Origin: a virus
Lineage: Duplodnaviria; Caudoviricetes
Strand: one strand, 5' to 3'
IMG/VR virus record: IMGVR_UViG_3300038379_000598
Span: 1 to 25,585 of that record
DNA: 25,585 nt
Positions within the stretch are counted from its first letter, which is position 1, and each line of letters opens with the position of its first letter. The notes beneath the pieces were generated by a model. It was not told where the DNA came from. It worked only from the letters and a program-made list of their open reading frames with translations, and made no database searches. This document shows, piece after piece, positions 8,583 to 17,542 of this stretch. A program made the translations under genes and the position numbers.

Positions 8583-10511
8583 CTACATTGCTTGGGGCGG
8601 CGCGCCTTGATTCATCGGAATCGTCGCCCCCTCCGGCGCAACCGGGGGAGGGGGAAGCGGCGGCGAAATTAGCAACGGATCAGCATCCATGTCCATCGCC
8701 TTGGCCCATTTGCGAATGAGCGCATTGACTGGGGAGACGTTTCCCGAAGACATGGAATACTGAAACAGAGGCTGGAACAGCATCTGCATTGCATTGTTGG
8801 CGTCCTCGCTCTCCTTGGCCCGATTGGGCTTTCTGGCGCTGCCTGCCTCGATGCGATATTCCAATTGGTGAATGATCTTCTCTGGCTCCGCCGACTCGAC
8901 CAGATGACTCCACCAGAAAGAACCCTCTGGACCCAGGACATCTTCCACATCGTAGGCCTTCAAATGCCAGCGAGCGGCCAACGCCTCGTTGCGTGCCGCC
9001 TGGGTCATCGACACTTCAGTCTTCTGCGCCATATCGTCAGGTCGAATTTGAATCTGGTCGCTTTTCAACTGCGCCTCGGATGCCGAGCGCATCTGCCGGC
9101 TCGACATGCCATAGACCAACTCGGACAGGCCGACACGCTTGTCGAACAACTCCATCACTGCTTCCAGCACATTGTAAATTTCACCATTGAAGGCGGGGTG
9201 CTGGAGGAACTGGACCACCTCGCTGACCGTGCCGTGCGACCTTTCAATTTCAATGAGCGTATAGTCCTGGCCGTGCGTAATGGCGTTCTTGATCTCTTCG
9301 CCTGCCGACTTGGCAACGGCGATAAAATCGCGACTTGAGACGCGAATCTTGCTGGTCAAAAAGGAGAACACCCAGTTGATGAACATCAATTCCCCCATGC
9401 CCGGCTTGATGTGGCTGATGGGCCAAACTTGCCGCGGCTTGGAATGGAAACGCAGTTCACAGAAGGGCCAACCTCCTTCGGCCCAATGCGGGCTAGGCCA
9501 ATTTGCTCGCGCCATCACCTCCTGGTCAGAAGTCGCCGCTTCTAAAAACTCAGGAGGCAAGTTGAGCGGATACGGCTGTTCTTCACAGATCACCAAGTAG
9601 CAATAGTCGCCAAAAAGCTCCATCATTGCCTTGGTGGTTTCGTCCAGCTTTAGCCCGCTCATGCGCCCACCGATGCCCATCTTGGAATAGATTTTCCAGT
9701 AGACGAGCAAATCATTAGTCATGCCGCGCTTGCGGTGGTAGTCGCCATCGCCATGAGAATCAACCTCGGCCGCTCGACCAATGGACTCTACCGAGCCGCG
9801 AATCGAGCCGGGGCGCAATCCGTATTCCCGTTCCACTTCCCAAACCGGGTGGACGCAGCGGCGCGCGACCCACTGAGCATCCTGGAGTGATTCGGCGTCT
9901 GGATCGATCACCAGATTGTCTACGGTGTCGAAGAAGGAGCCGACCATCTTTCTGCTGCTGCCGCGCGGCATGTACACTTCTGTCCAGAGCGTGCCCATCC
10001 CCTTGATGAGCGCCTCGGTAATCATTGCTCGCGCATGATCCTGAAGGTTGAGCGCCGTAGGAGTGTAGTTCAAATAATGCTCCAGCAGGCCGGCGCGAGC
10101 CTGGTCGATCCAGCGCCCCTGCTCCGACTGCTGAATGAGAAGCATCGACTGCTGCTGCACCTCTGGCGGCAGCATCATGAAGAATTCCTGCGGCAGAACC
10201 GGAGGCCGGCGGGCGTTCACCTGGCGGATCGGGTTGCGGTGGTAAAGCGCCGGCCCGAACAGCTGCACCACTTCGCTTACCTTGTTGACAGTCATGCAAA
10301 AGGATGGACGCGGAACATCCTCCTCGTCTCCGTCGAAGGAGAAGCTGCCCCCTTCGCGCAGCGCCTTGCCGCCGTACAAAAACTTGTACGGACCATCAAA
10401 GAAGGCCATCGCCTCATCGGCGTCGCGCTGGAAGTGGTCGCGCTTGTAATTCACCGCAGCGCGAATCTTTTCACGCCACTGGTTTACCACAGGCTTTAGT
10501 GGATGCTCCAT
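8583..10511 (-). CDS. Portal protein (P22/podovirus-like size)
   Basis: 642 aa, downstream of TerL. N-terminal W.EKI..A, then VNKVSEVVQLFGPALY, ALIKGMG.LW, NLVIDPDA..L.DA.WVARR, and RSASEAQLK. The C-terminus is Pro/Gln-rich. Confidence 0.82.
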   Translation of the reverse strand: MEHPLKPVVNQWREKIRAAVNYKRDHFQRDADEAMAFFDGPYKFLYGGKALREGGSFSFDGDEEDVPRPSFCMTVNKVSEVVQLFGPALYHRNPIRQVNARRPPVLPQEFFMMLPPEVQQQSMLLIQQSEQGRWIDQARAGLLEHYLNYTPTALNLQDHARAMITEALIKGMGTLWTEVYMPRGSSRKMVGSFFDTVDNLVIDPDAESLQDAQWVARRCVHPVWEVEREYGLRPGSIRGSVESIGRAAEVDSHGDGDYHRKRGMTNDLLVYWKIYSKMGIGGRMSGLKLDETTKAMMELFGDYCYLVICEEQPYPLNLPPEFLEAATSDQEVMARANWPSPHWAEGGWPFCELRFHSKPRQVWPISHIKPGMGELMFINWVFSFLTSKIRVSSRDFIAVAKSAGEEIKNAITHGQDYTLIEIERSHGTVSEVVQFLQHPAFNGEIYNVLEAVMELFDKRVGLSELVYGMSSRQMRSASEAQLKSDQIQIRPDDMAQKTEVSMTQAARNEALAARWHLKAYDVEDVLGPEGSFWWSHLVESAEPEKIIHQLEYRIEAGSARKPNRAKESEDANNAMQMLFQPLFQYSMSSGNVSPVNALIRKWAKAMDMDADPLLISPPLPPPPVAPEGATIPMNQGAPPQAM

Positions 10512-10515
10512 CGGG

Positions 10516-10896
10516 CTATTCCGCCTTTACTTCAACCGTCTCTACGTCGTCCGGGTTTGGACGAATATCTCCAAACAGCTGGCGTTCCATGTGTTCTACA
10601 CGCGCCAGCAGATTGGTAATGCAGCGGACCATTGACAGATGCAAGGGAGTAAAATCCCATGCTCCGCTTTCACGCAGCTCTTCCCTTCGACAGCGCGGAT
10701 TGGTCAGGTGCCGCACTCCATCCCGAATGCGCATGTTGTAGCTGGCGCAATCGAAGATGTTCACGCAGCACGAATCAATCCCCACGCGCGTCACCATTGC
10801 AGGAAGAGGATCCTGGTTGGGATCGCCATCGGCGTACCAATTGACCAGCATCCCCACTTGCAAATCCTTTTCGCACTCCTCGTAGATTTCAGGCAT
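10516..10896 (-). CDS. Hypothetical phage protein (126 aa)
   Basis: Coupled between the neighbouring genes. LQVGMLVNWY...PAMVTRV is an SH3-like beta start, followed by a short coiled coil. Confidence 0.7.
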   Translation of the reverse strand: MPEIYEECEKDLQVGMLVNWYADGDPNQDPLPAMVTRVGIDSCCVNIFDCASYNMRIRDGVRHLTNPRCRREELRESGAWDFTPLHLSMVRCITNLLARVEHMERQLFGDIRPNPDDVETVEVKAE

Positions 10897-11305
10897 TCGC
10901 GTATTTCTCCCGATTTTTCAGACAGTATCCTCTCCAGGAATCCTCGACACCGGACCAGTCCTCCAGGTCTTCCTCTTCCATTTGGGCCAAGAAAGACATA
11001 TGCCTGGCAACTGCTCCCCAACTCAAGCGATCACGTTCGCTCAACTGGTCAAAATACCCTGTTCCCGCCGTGTAGAAGCCATGCAATGATTTGGCAATCT
11101 CCATAAAGGGCGTTCCGTCTTGCAAGCCATCATCGAAGTAGCCTAGCCCCTTGGCAGACACGACCAGCCAACGATCTTGCTCGGCGGATTCCAATGCGTC
11201 CCATTCCTGAATTTCCACCTCGCCTTCCAGGGCATTCTTGAAGGCGCGATAGCACGAAGGCGCCATGTCGTACACAGACACTTGCGCATTGTTTGCCATT
11301 CTCAC
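10889..11305 (-). CDS. Hypothetical acidic phage protein (~137 aa)
   Basis: GTGA overlap with the TerL stop (alternative ATG at 11299). It has two similar segments, WDALESAEQDRW and FDQLSERDRLSW. Confidence 0.65.
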   Translation of the reverse strand: MRMANNAQVSVYDMAPSCYRAFKNALEGEVEIQEWDALESAEQDRWLVVSAKGLGYFDDGLQDGTPFMEIAKSLHGFYTAGTGYFDQLSERDRLSWGAVARHMSFLAQMEEEDLEDWSGVEDSWRGYCLKNREKYANA

Positions 11306-13017
11306 GACTGACCTCCCGGTCCAAGATTGATGTACTTTCTCCCGCCGCCATGCATGGCGCGATCACGCTCCAATTTTCTCTTGTAAGCCGCGGCGGCGCC
11401 AGTCAGCTTAGCGGCGCCACTCTTGGCCTTTACCCAACATGGCCGGTGCATGGCCAGGTAGCGCAAGTTGGCCATCTGGTGAACTCGTCCTCGGCTCACT
11501 GGCTCGTCAGTTGGCATTCCCGTCTGCGGATCGCGTTTGTACCAGTAGCGTTCGATCTCATAAACCATGTTCCTGGCTTTGCCATCCAGGTAGCGCAACT
11601 TGGGCGTGCCGTCCATGCGCACGCTCAGCCAATCACGCACCGCTTCCACTCCGGCGCGAACATCGGTGCAGCCCCAAACAAAGCCGCTGCCGGTAGCATG
11701 ACTGGATACATTGTTACGCTTGAGCGCTTCAGCGTACTGCGCCTCTACGCTGCGACCGCTGCCAGTCTCCACTGAACGCGAACCCATATGGTCGATCAAG
11801 AAGGCATGAAAGTTCTGCCCCATCGCTTTTTGCCGCATCTCCTGACCAAAAATCTCTGCGGAGCAATTTGGCAGATAGAGTTCGTCGTAGATGTACACAT
11901 GGTCGTCCTGGTCGGGAGGCGGCACAGCCAAGAACAAGACGGCGCAAATCTGCCGGCCGGGGTCAATGGAGGCGTAGCGCGTCCAATCGTAAGGGATTTG
12001 GAACCACTTGCACGAATGCGTGGTGAGGGAAAACTCTGGGAAAACTCGAAAGCCGTGCAGAGCAAATTCGCCCTCTACACGCACTTTGCGATCAGCATCG
12101 CTGAGCCTGGCTGCCAAAGCCGCTTTCTGCTCGGCGCTAATGTGTGGGTTGAAGTCCAATCGCAAAACAAATTCCTGAATCGTGCGCGTCTTGACATTGT
12201 CCATCTCCTCCTTTTCAGCACGCTCGTGGAGATCGTACAGCTGCTCCGTTCCTGCCTGGGGCGTGGCACTCCAAATGAATCGCCCCGATCGATCCACCAA
12301 GCGGGCGCTTACTTCGGGATACCACTGCGGATCGACAATTTCCTCGTCGAACCAGCCCAGATCAGCCGTCATGCCCTGGGGCGGCTTGCCCAGCGAGCTG
12401 AAAAAGAGAATCTCCCAACCAGTAAAAAGTCGAACTACCGAAGGGATGTTCTCTCGCTTGGACTCCCAACCAACTTCGTTCCAGCGCACCAGCCGAGGAG
12501 GAATCAATGGCGGCGCCGGCTTGCGCTCGCGTGCGCGCTCTAGATCCAGACTCTCCCATGGTCTGTAAGCGCGCCATTCTCCGGTATCCAGGTCGCGGAT
12601 AATGTCAAAGGCGCCAGCGCGAAATAGTTTGTCCCAGATGACATTGCCCAGATGCTTGCCGTCCTTGCCAACCACCAGCACTTTTCCGGCGGGAGGATAC
12701 TTGCCAAAAGGATCGGAATTTGTCACCGCTCGCGCGACTTCCACTGCGGCGCACAAAGTCTTGCCGGCACGGTTGCTGCCACGAGCCAGCCGCTCTGGAG
12801 CCTTGCTGGCATGGAAAAGATTCTGGACGGGCAAAGGCTCGTACAAGCGCAAGCCCTCGAAGCGGCGCTTGGTATATTCCAACAAGGCAGCGCGCAACTT
12901 GGCGGCGCGATGGAGCGATTCCATCACTCCCGGCTTAGGAGCGGAGGGAATGGTAATGCCTGCCATCTTCTGCTCAGCGAACGTCTTCCGCTTTTGCGCC
13001 ATCCCTCTCTCCATCAT
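11302..13017 (-). CDS. terL: Terminase large subunit
   Basis: Adenine-binding PLPVQ, Walker A GSNRAGKT, Walker B LGWFDEE, coupling motif SATP, NPHI, and RNase-H-like nuclease start YASIDPG plus IYDELY. Confidence 0.93.
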   Translation of the reverse strand: MMERGMAQKRKTFAEQKMAGITIPSAPKPGVMESLHRAAKLRAALLEYTKRRFEGLRLYEPLPVQNLFHASKAPERLARGSNRAGKTLCAAVEVARAVTNSDPFGKYPPAGKVLVVGKDGKHLGNVIWDKLFRAGAFDIIRDLDTGEWRAYRPWESLDLERARERKPAPPLIPPRLVRWNEVGWESKRENIPSVVRLFTGWEILFFSSLGKPPQGMTADLGWFDEEIVDPQWYPEVSARLVDRSGRFIWSATPQAGTEQLYDLHERAEKEEMDNVKTRTIQEFVLRLDFNPHISAEQKAALAARLSDADRKVRVEGEFALHGFRVFPEFSLTTHSCKWFQIPYDWTRYASIDPGRQICAVLFLAVPPPDQDDHVYIYDELYLPNCSAEIFGQEMRQKAMGQNFHAFLIDHMGSRSVETGSGRSVEAQYAEALKRNNVSSHATGSGFVWGCTDVRAGVEAVRDWLSVRMDGTPKLRYLDGKARNMVYEIERYWYKRDPQTGMPTDEPVSRGRVHQMANLRYLAMHRPCWVKAKSGAAKLTGAAAAYKRKLERDRAMHGGGRKYINLGPGGQS

Positions 13018-13327
13018 GAGCCTGCATCATCGACTGCAACATTGAGTCCAGGTCTTCATCCGTCAAAAGCCCCATGTCTTCCATGTCTGCGCCGTCTTCG
13101 GTGGAAGTTCTCCAGCAGCGCAAGAACAGGTCCATGATTCGACTGCGTGTTGCACTACCCGGCTCGGCAGAGCGGTAGTCCTCCAACAGCATTGCAGCAA
13201 TTGCTGCCGGCCCGCCTGCCTGAATAATGAATTGCTCCGTCAATTCCGCCATCTGCGGCAAACCCTTGACGCCATCCGACGAATGCTGCCCCCTCAGCTT
13301 GTAGGAATCCATCCTCTTTCGCGCCAT
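12974..13327 (-). CDS. Probable terminase small subunit
   Basis: 117-aa helical protein directly upstream of and overlapping terL, with SD GGAGGGG. The C-terminal LTDEDL motif is common in TerS proteins. The call rests mainly on position. Confidence 0.55.
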   Translation of the reverse strand: MARKRMDSYKLRGQHSSDGVKGLPQMAELTEQFIIQAGGPAAIAAMLLEDYRSAEPGSATRSRIMDLFLRCWRTSTEDGADMEDMGLLTDEDLDSMLQSMMQAHDGERDGAKAEDVR

Positions 13328-13557
13328 CTCCCCTCCCGATGCGTCACGATTACCACGTCCAAAATTGCAGGAATCTCGTTTTCCTTTTCCAATACGTACA
13401 AGTGGCTTGGTCTAGCATGGCGAGAGCCGCAAGAGCGGCACACTCTCACCTCGGAATGAATCACAGCAACAGCAGCTTTTCCCTCATGCAGCAATGAGAA
13501 AATCACTCCCAGTTCTCCCGGCATGGCTCCACAGCATCTATTGAAGTCCCACCTCAC
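13294..13557 (-). CDS. Small putative Zn-ribbon protein (87 aa)
   Basis: GTG start overlaps the upstream TGA (GTGA at 13554-13557). Sequence includes RCCG...CRSCG. Confidence 0.45.
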   Translation of the reverse strand: MRWDFNRCCGAMPGELGVIFSLLHEGKAAVAVIHSEVRVCRSCGSRHARPSHLYVLEKENEIPAILDVVIVTHREGRWRERGWIPTS

Positions 13558-14033
13558 TGCACGGCGGCATGAAGCGGCATGGATCGCTTCTGGCGATACT
13601 CCTGTTCCGCTTGCGCCATTTTGTCTAACTTCTCCATTAGTTCGGCGCGGGCCGTTCCTCGAAGTCGTTCGCTTGTTATCCACAGCGCCGTCGCCCTCCG
13701 GTAGTCTTCCCAGTCCCCAGCGTTCATCGCCCCTTCCGCCCGTGCCAAATCCAAGAAGCTATTTACCATCCGATCGCGCGCCGCCCCTTCGCCCGGCATC
13801 ATGTCGATCCAGGGCGTAATCAAAAACTTGCTGGGCCACACCGTGCAATGGTCGTCCCACCAGCGTTCCGCAGCCCGGCGCACTTCGGGGCAGTCGGAAA
13901 ATGCTGCCATAGATGCTGCGGCGGCAAAGTGATCGGAACCAGAAACAACCCCATAAGCCAACCGCCTCACTTCGTAAGACGGGCTTCCCATTGCCCCCGC
14001 CCACAGCAAACTGAGCAAAAGCCAGTTTGACAC
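13554..14033 (-). CDS. Exported or membrane-anchored helical protein (HEAT-like motif)
   Basis: GTG follows AGGAGG. Hydrophobic N-terminus WLLLSLLWAGAMG, then SPSYEVRRLAY...DCPEVRRAAE. Confidence 0.65.
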   Translation of the reverse strand: MSNWLLLSLLWAGAMGSPSYEVRRLAYGVVSGSDHFAAAASMAAFSDCPEVRRAAERWWDDHCTVWPSKFLITPWIDMMPGEGAARDRMVNSFLDLARAEGAMNAGDWEDYRRATALWITSERLRGTARAELMEKLDKMAQAEQEYRQKRSMPLHAAVQ

Positions 14034-14069
14034 GAACCCTCCTGGAAACTCCAGGAACTCCGCTCACCT

Positions 14070-14519
14070 TCAGCAATTGCTCCCACTGAATCGAACGGAG
14101 CCAGAAAACACCGGCGCAGCCCCCCTGGCGCCGGCCAAAAACGAAAAAGCAGAAGCGTTGCTGGCAAAATCATGGCGATTCATTTGCGATCCAGCAGGAA
14201 CTCCCACCACGATGGAACCAGGCGCAGCTTCGGCAAACGAACTAGTGCGATAGTGCAAGCAGCGTGCTGGCATCGCCTTGGCCTTGGCCACGCTGAAACT
14301 ACCAACCCACACCACCAGAGGACGATTCTCTTTCATCGCCTTAGCGTAGAGCACCTCGTAATCCTGGACGCAAGCGCAAAATTCACCACATTCGCAAGGC
14401 GACCCCTGGATACACGGACACGAGGCAACAGGAGGCGCCTGTGGGGCGCTGGGCGCCTGCGGCGAGGCCAACGCCAAGGCGCCGAAAGCGACGAACAGCA
14501 AGGACAGAAGGTTTTTCAT
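14070..14519 (-). CDS. Secreted Cys-rich protein with a thioredoxin-like segment
   Basis: Signal peptide MKNLLSLLFVAFGALALA, Cys cluster CPCIQGSPCECGEFCAC, then YEVLYAKAMKENRPLVVWVG, which resembles the alpha-beta entry of thioredoxin-like folds. ATGA overlap with the upstream gene. Confidence 0.65.
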   Translation of the reverse strand: MKNLLSLLFVAFGALALASPQAPSAPQAPPVASCPCIQGSPCECGEFCACVQDYEVLYAKAMKENRPLVVWVGSFSVAKAKAMPARCLHYRTSSFAEAAPGSIVVGVPAGSQMNRHDFASNASAFSFLAGARGAAPVFSGSVRFSGSNC

Positions 14520-14854
14520 TTGTCGTCCTTTCGGCGCAAGAAGCGCTCGATGATGAACAACATAATGGGGATAATGACTCCCCAGGGAATGTCTTTGGGA
14601 TCGGGAACTGGCGCCGCATCACCTACGGCGCCTAGGAAATTCTTTTCCAACAAAGCAGCAGCCTGTTCGTTTTGTCCACCGTCATAGGAGCCGACCACCA
14701 GAGGGTGAACGTCCCACTTGCTCAGGCCGTAGCCGGCAGTATGCCAGGCCGCGTGAGCAGCCTCTTTCAATTCCACCTCCTTGTTGCGAAGGAAGTCTAC
14801 GATCAGACTAATCATCTCCGAGGTGGGCATGTCGTGCGGATAAGGGTACAGCAT
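14516..14854 (-). CDS. Small protein with C-terminal TM anchor and basic tail (112 aa)
   Basis: ATG 14854 follows AGGAG. The protein ends IPWGVIIPIMLFIIERFLRRKDDK. Confidence 0.7.
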   Translation of the reverse strand: MLYPYPHDMPTSEMISLIVDFLRNKEVELKEAAHAAWHTAGYGLSKWDVHPLVVGSYDGGQNEQAAALLEKNFLGAVGDAAPVPDPKDIPWGVIIPIMLFIIERFLRRKDDK

Positions 14855-14862
14855 GATCTCTC

Positions 14863-15777
14863 CTATTCGATGGATGCGGTTGATTGACGCGGCGCTGTAG
14901 CTCCATTGGGAACAGCACGCGAGCCGGACAGGATTCCCATGCCAGCATCGCTCCAGCCATCTCCCCAGGAATTCCAAATTCTGATGGACGTTCCGGCCGT
15001 AACCGGATCGCTGAAGCCCCAGGCCAGTTCAAAGTCCTGAAGGCTTGGCTTTTTTCCGCTTTCGCTGCGATACCTTTCGCGCTCCCGGGATCCATCCACC
15101 AAGTCAACGGCGCAAACCGAGTGCCCCCACCAATTGAAGTCGGTAATGACCGGAATCCGACAAAGCAGACAAGTTGCCATCTGCTCAAAGGTCAAATTGC
15201 GATCATACTGCGGCTCATCGAGGTCCATCCAGCCTTCGGTGACGCGATGCAACTTGGCATTGGCTCGCATTTCCGGAGTGTCATTGGACCGGCTGGCGGA
15301 CTTTTGCGGCCAGTATTTGCTGTCGGGCAAGCCGTGTTCTCGAATCCAATCCAGCCCCTGGGCGCCCCAGCCTCCTTCATCGCGATAGTTCTTGATAATG
15401 CAAGCGCCCATGTAGGCGCTCAAATCGGCATAAGGCATATTGTCGCGGGCGCGAAGCAAGAGCAGCGCCGAGCAGCCGGAGTGCATCCAGCAGTATCCTC
15501 TGCCATTTTGATCACGCGATGGGATTCGTTGGCCATCCCTGCCCACATCACGAAAGTCAGAAAGGCGACTTTTGGAGGCTTCCATCTCCTGGATCAACTT
15601 TGACCATTCCGAGCGCGGGATGATCGGCATGTCCACGCGCGTGCTGCCAGCGTAGCTGCCTACTGGAAATTGCTCGTACTGACGCGGCATCAAGCCGCGT
15701 GACTTGCTTTCTCCACCGATGACAGTCACGTCGGCGTGCTGGAACCAGTTGCCGTCATGGATATGGATCGTTACCAT
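14863..15777 (-). CDS. Papain-like (clan CA, family C1) cysteine peptidase
   Basis: Oxyanion Gln and catalytic Cys in RDQNGRGYCW, catalytic His in WWGHSVCAVD, and Asn in IRIWNSWGDGWSDAG. EGGWGAQGL matches the papain GG motif. Confidence 0.88.
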   Translation of the reverse strand: MVTIHIHDGNWFQHADVTVIGGESKSRGLMPRQYEQFPVGSYAGSTRVDMPIIPRSEWSKLIQEMEASKSRLSDFRDVGRDGQRIPSRDQNGRGYCWMHSGCSALLLLRARDNMPYADLSAYMGACIIKNYRDEGGWGAQGLDWIREHGLPDSKYWPQKSASRSNDTPEMRANAKLHRVTEGWMDLDEPQYDRNLTFEQMATCLLCRIPVITDFNWWGHSVCAVDLVDGSRERERYRSESGKKPSLQDFELAWGFSDPVTAGTSIRIWNSWGDGWSDAGMGILSGSRAVPNGATAPRQSTASIE

Positions 15778-15780
15778 TGG

Positions 15781-16464
15781 CTACTCCAGGTGCTTCTTGA
15801 GCAGGGCAAGCGTCTCTTCCACGTCGGTTGGCAATGGTCCGTCGTAGACCGTTTTGCCATTGATGAACAGCCACGGCGCAGACTTCCTTGGCCGAGCCAT
15901 TGCCTCTTTCCATTCCTTGGATTCAGCGCTTACATCGGTGTCTTTGTCCCAAATGCGCCACGCCTTTACTTTGCCATCCTGAGCACATTTCTGATTCAAG
16001 TAGTCGCGCACCCGGACGCTGAAAAGAACCAGCCTCTGAGCATCGCTCATCTTGGCCAGTTCTGCTGTTTCATAGACCACCAGAACCCGCACACCGCCAG
16101 GTGCCGGTGGAGGCGTTGGCGGGTCTGGTGGATTGGGCCAAGGGTCGGGAGGCGCATCGCCAACCAAAAGAATGGTTGCTGCCACAGCTGGCTTGTTAGC
16201 CGCTGGCGCAGCAATGGCAACGACCCGATAGCGACCCGGCTTAGGCGCAACGCACACAGCAATGTGCGTGTAGGGCGGAGGAAAAGGAATGAAGTCAATG
16301 TCAGCGCCGCCAGCATCCCAGACAACAACAGCATTGGCGGGCACCTTGGCTTCGACGCGAAATAGCCGCCCGGGCCGCGCCTTGATTTCAGCAGGCAGAT
16401 CAATCTGTCCCCACAGCGGCGCGGTCCAAAGGAAAAGCGCCACCAATGCCAACGCCTTTTTCAC
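15781..16464 (-). CDS. Secreted two-domain protein: beta-sandwich, Pro linker, thioredoxin-like domain without CxxC (227 aa)
   Basis: GTG 16464 follows GGAGG and overlaps the upstream TGA. Signal peptide MKKALALVALFLWTAPLWG, linker PPDPWPNPPDPPTPPPAP, C-domain VRVLVVYET...APWLFING...YDGPLP. Confidence 0.7.
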   Translation of the reverse strand: MKKALALVALFLWTAPLWGQIDLPAEIKARPGRLFRVEAKVPANAVVVWDAGGADIDFIPFPPPYTHIAVCVAPKPGRYRVVAIAAPAANKPAVAATILLVGDAPPDPWPNPPDPPTPPPAPGGVRVLVVYETAELAKMSDAQRLVLFSVRVRDYLNQKCAQDGKVKAWRIWDKDTDVSAESKEWKEAMARPRKSAPWLFINGKTVYDGPLPTDVEETLALLKKHLE

Positions 16465-17018
16465 ACAGCCTCCAATCGGGCGTTCAACTTTCGCAGCCTT
16501 CGATCGGACTGCACAAATTCCCAGGTCAACTTTGGATCGCTCCCTCGCAAAATGGCATCCACGACCGCCTCGGCCAGGTCTCTGGGAGAACAACGACCGG
16601 CAAAAGAAAAATGGTCAACAGCGCCCATTTCGTCATTATCACAATTGCTGTTGCTACTGTTGACAATCCGCGGCTGAGCGCGGCGCAAATCGCTGAGCCG
16701 ATCAGGGTGGAGAAGAAGACTTCGCTGAGTTTCGAGCGATAGCTTGCAAGCGCGGCGCAGAAGCAAAGGCTCGGAAACAAGCTCAACAACCAGTTCGGGA
16801 AGCACTTCTCCAGAAGCAATGCGCCGCAGCATCTTGGCAAACTTGGCTTCAATTTTCGGTGCTTCCTTGCGGCTCTCTAGTTCGACATAGGCGGCTGCTG
16901 CTTGAACTAGTCCTTCCACTGAAAGTCGCAATCCTTTTTCCAAAATGACCAGGAGGTCAGCACTGCTGGATTCCTTGAACGATCGAACAATTCCTGCCAC
17001 GTCCACCATTTCGATCAC
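16461..17018 (-). CDS. Hypothetical phage protein (185 aa)
   Basis: Coupled on both sides by 4-nt overlaps; helical composition. Confidence 0.7.
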   Translation of the reverse strand: MIEMVDVAGIVRSFKESSSADLLVILEKGLRLSVEGLVQAAAAYVELESRKEAPKIEAKFAKMLRRIASGEVLPELVVELVSEPLLLRRACKLSLETQRSLLLHPDRLSDLRRAQPRIVNSSNSNCDNDEMGAVDHFSFAGRCSPRDLAEAVVDAILRGSDPKLTWEFVQSDRRLRKLNARLEAV

Positions 17019-17335
17019 GATGAAGCCTCCAGAATTTTCCCCAAGCAGAACAAAAACGCAGTCCGGTTTTTCAAGTGTCGAGAACGCCTAGAGTAAAAGC
17101 TGCTGGCGCAGCTACGACTGCAAACTCGATGATCGCTGCGGCGTCTGATAAATTCCACGCCGCAATTCGGGCAAGCTACTGGTATGACAATAGCTTCCTC
17201 TTTTCGCTTCTTTCGCCTTCTTCTCTCCGCGTCTGCATGGCGACATTTGTAAGAGCAGTATTTCTTGCCAACTCGAATTGCCAGAAACCTCTTGCCACAA
17301 CGCTGGCAAAAACCGATCAGACTGTCCAGGGGCAC
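17015..17335 (-). CDS. Basic protein with two CxxC...CSxxC zinc-finger repeats
   Basis: CQRCGKRF...KYCSYKC and CPNCGVEF...VCSRSC; SD AAGGAGG upstream of the GTG. No HNH catalytic motif is seen. Confidence 0.65.
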   Translation of the reverse strand: MPLDSLIGFCQRCGKRFLAIRVGKKYCSYKCRHADAERRRRKKRKEEAIVIPVACPNCGVEFIRRRSDHRVCSRSCASSFYSRRSRHLKNRTAFLFCLGKILEASS

Positions 17336-17385
17336 AAATTCTTCTCCTCCTTGGTAAAAGATTCGTAGCGTTCACACATATCGGA

Positions 17386-17529
17386 TCAAGAAGACAAGTT
17401 GGAAACACCACCACACAAAACGCACTTGTACCACTGGATTCCCTTGGACTTGCTTTTCCTCATCCAAACATGGCACTTGCGATCCAGCGGCTCTTTCTGC
17501 TCCACTGTCTGGAACAGCTTCCCTTTCAT
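17386..17529 (-). CDS. 47-aa putative Zn-binding microprotein (not in the ORF track)
   Basis: ATG 17529 follows AAGGAAAGGG. Sequence MKGKLFQTVEQKEPLDRKCHVWMRKSKSKGIQWYKCVLCGGVSNLSS* (C-H...CxxC). It fills the operon gap. Confidence 0.5.
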   Translation of the reverse strand: MKGKLFQTVEQKEPLDRKCHVWMRKSKSKGIQWYKCVLCGGVSNLSS

Positions 17530-17542
17530 CGCTGCCCTTTCC

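Noticed and set aside
17015-17335. HNH homing endonuclease
   Set aside because: Only the Zn-finger repeats are present, with no HNH catalytic motif.
17386-17388. Selenocysteine or genome-wide stop-codon recoding
   Set aside because: TGA, TAG and TAA all end well-supported genes in this window, and no SECIS-like hairpin is evident after this TGA.
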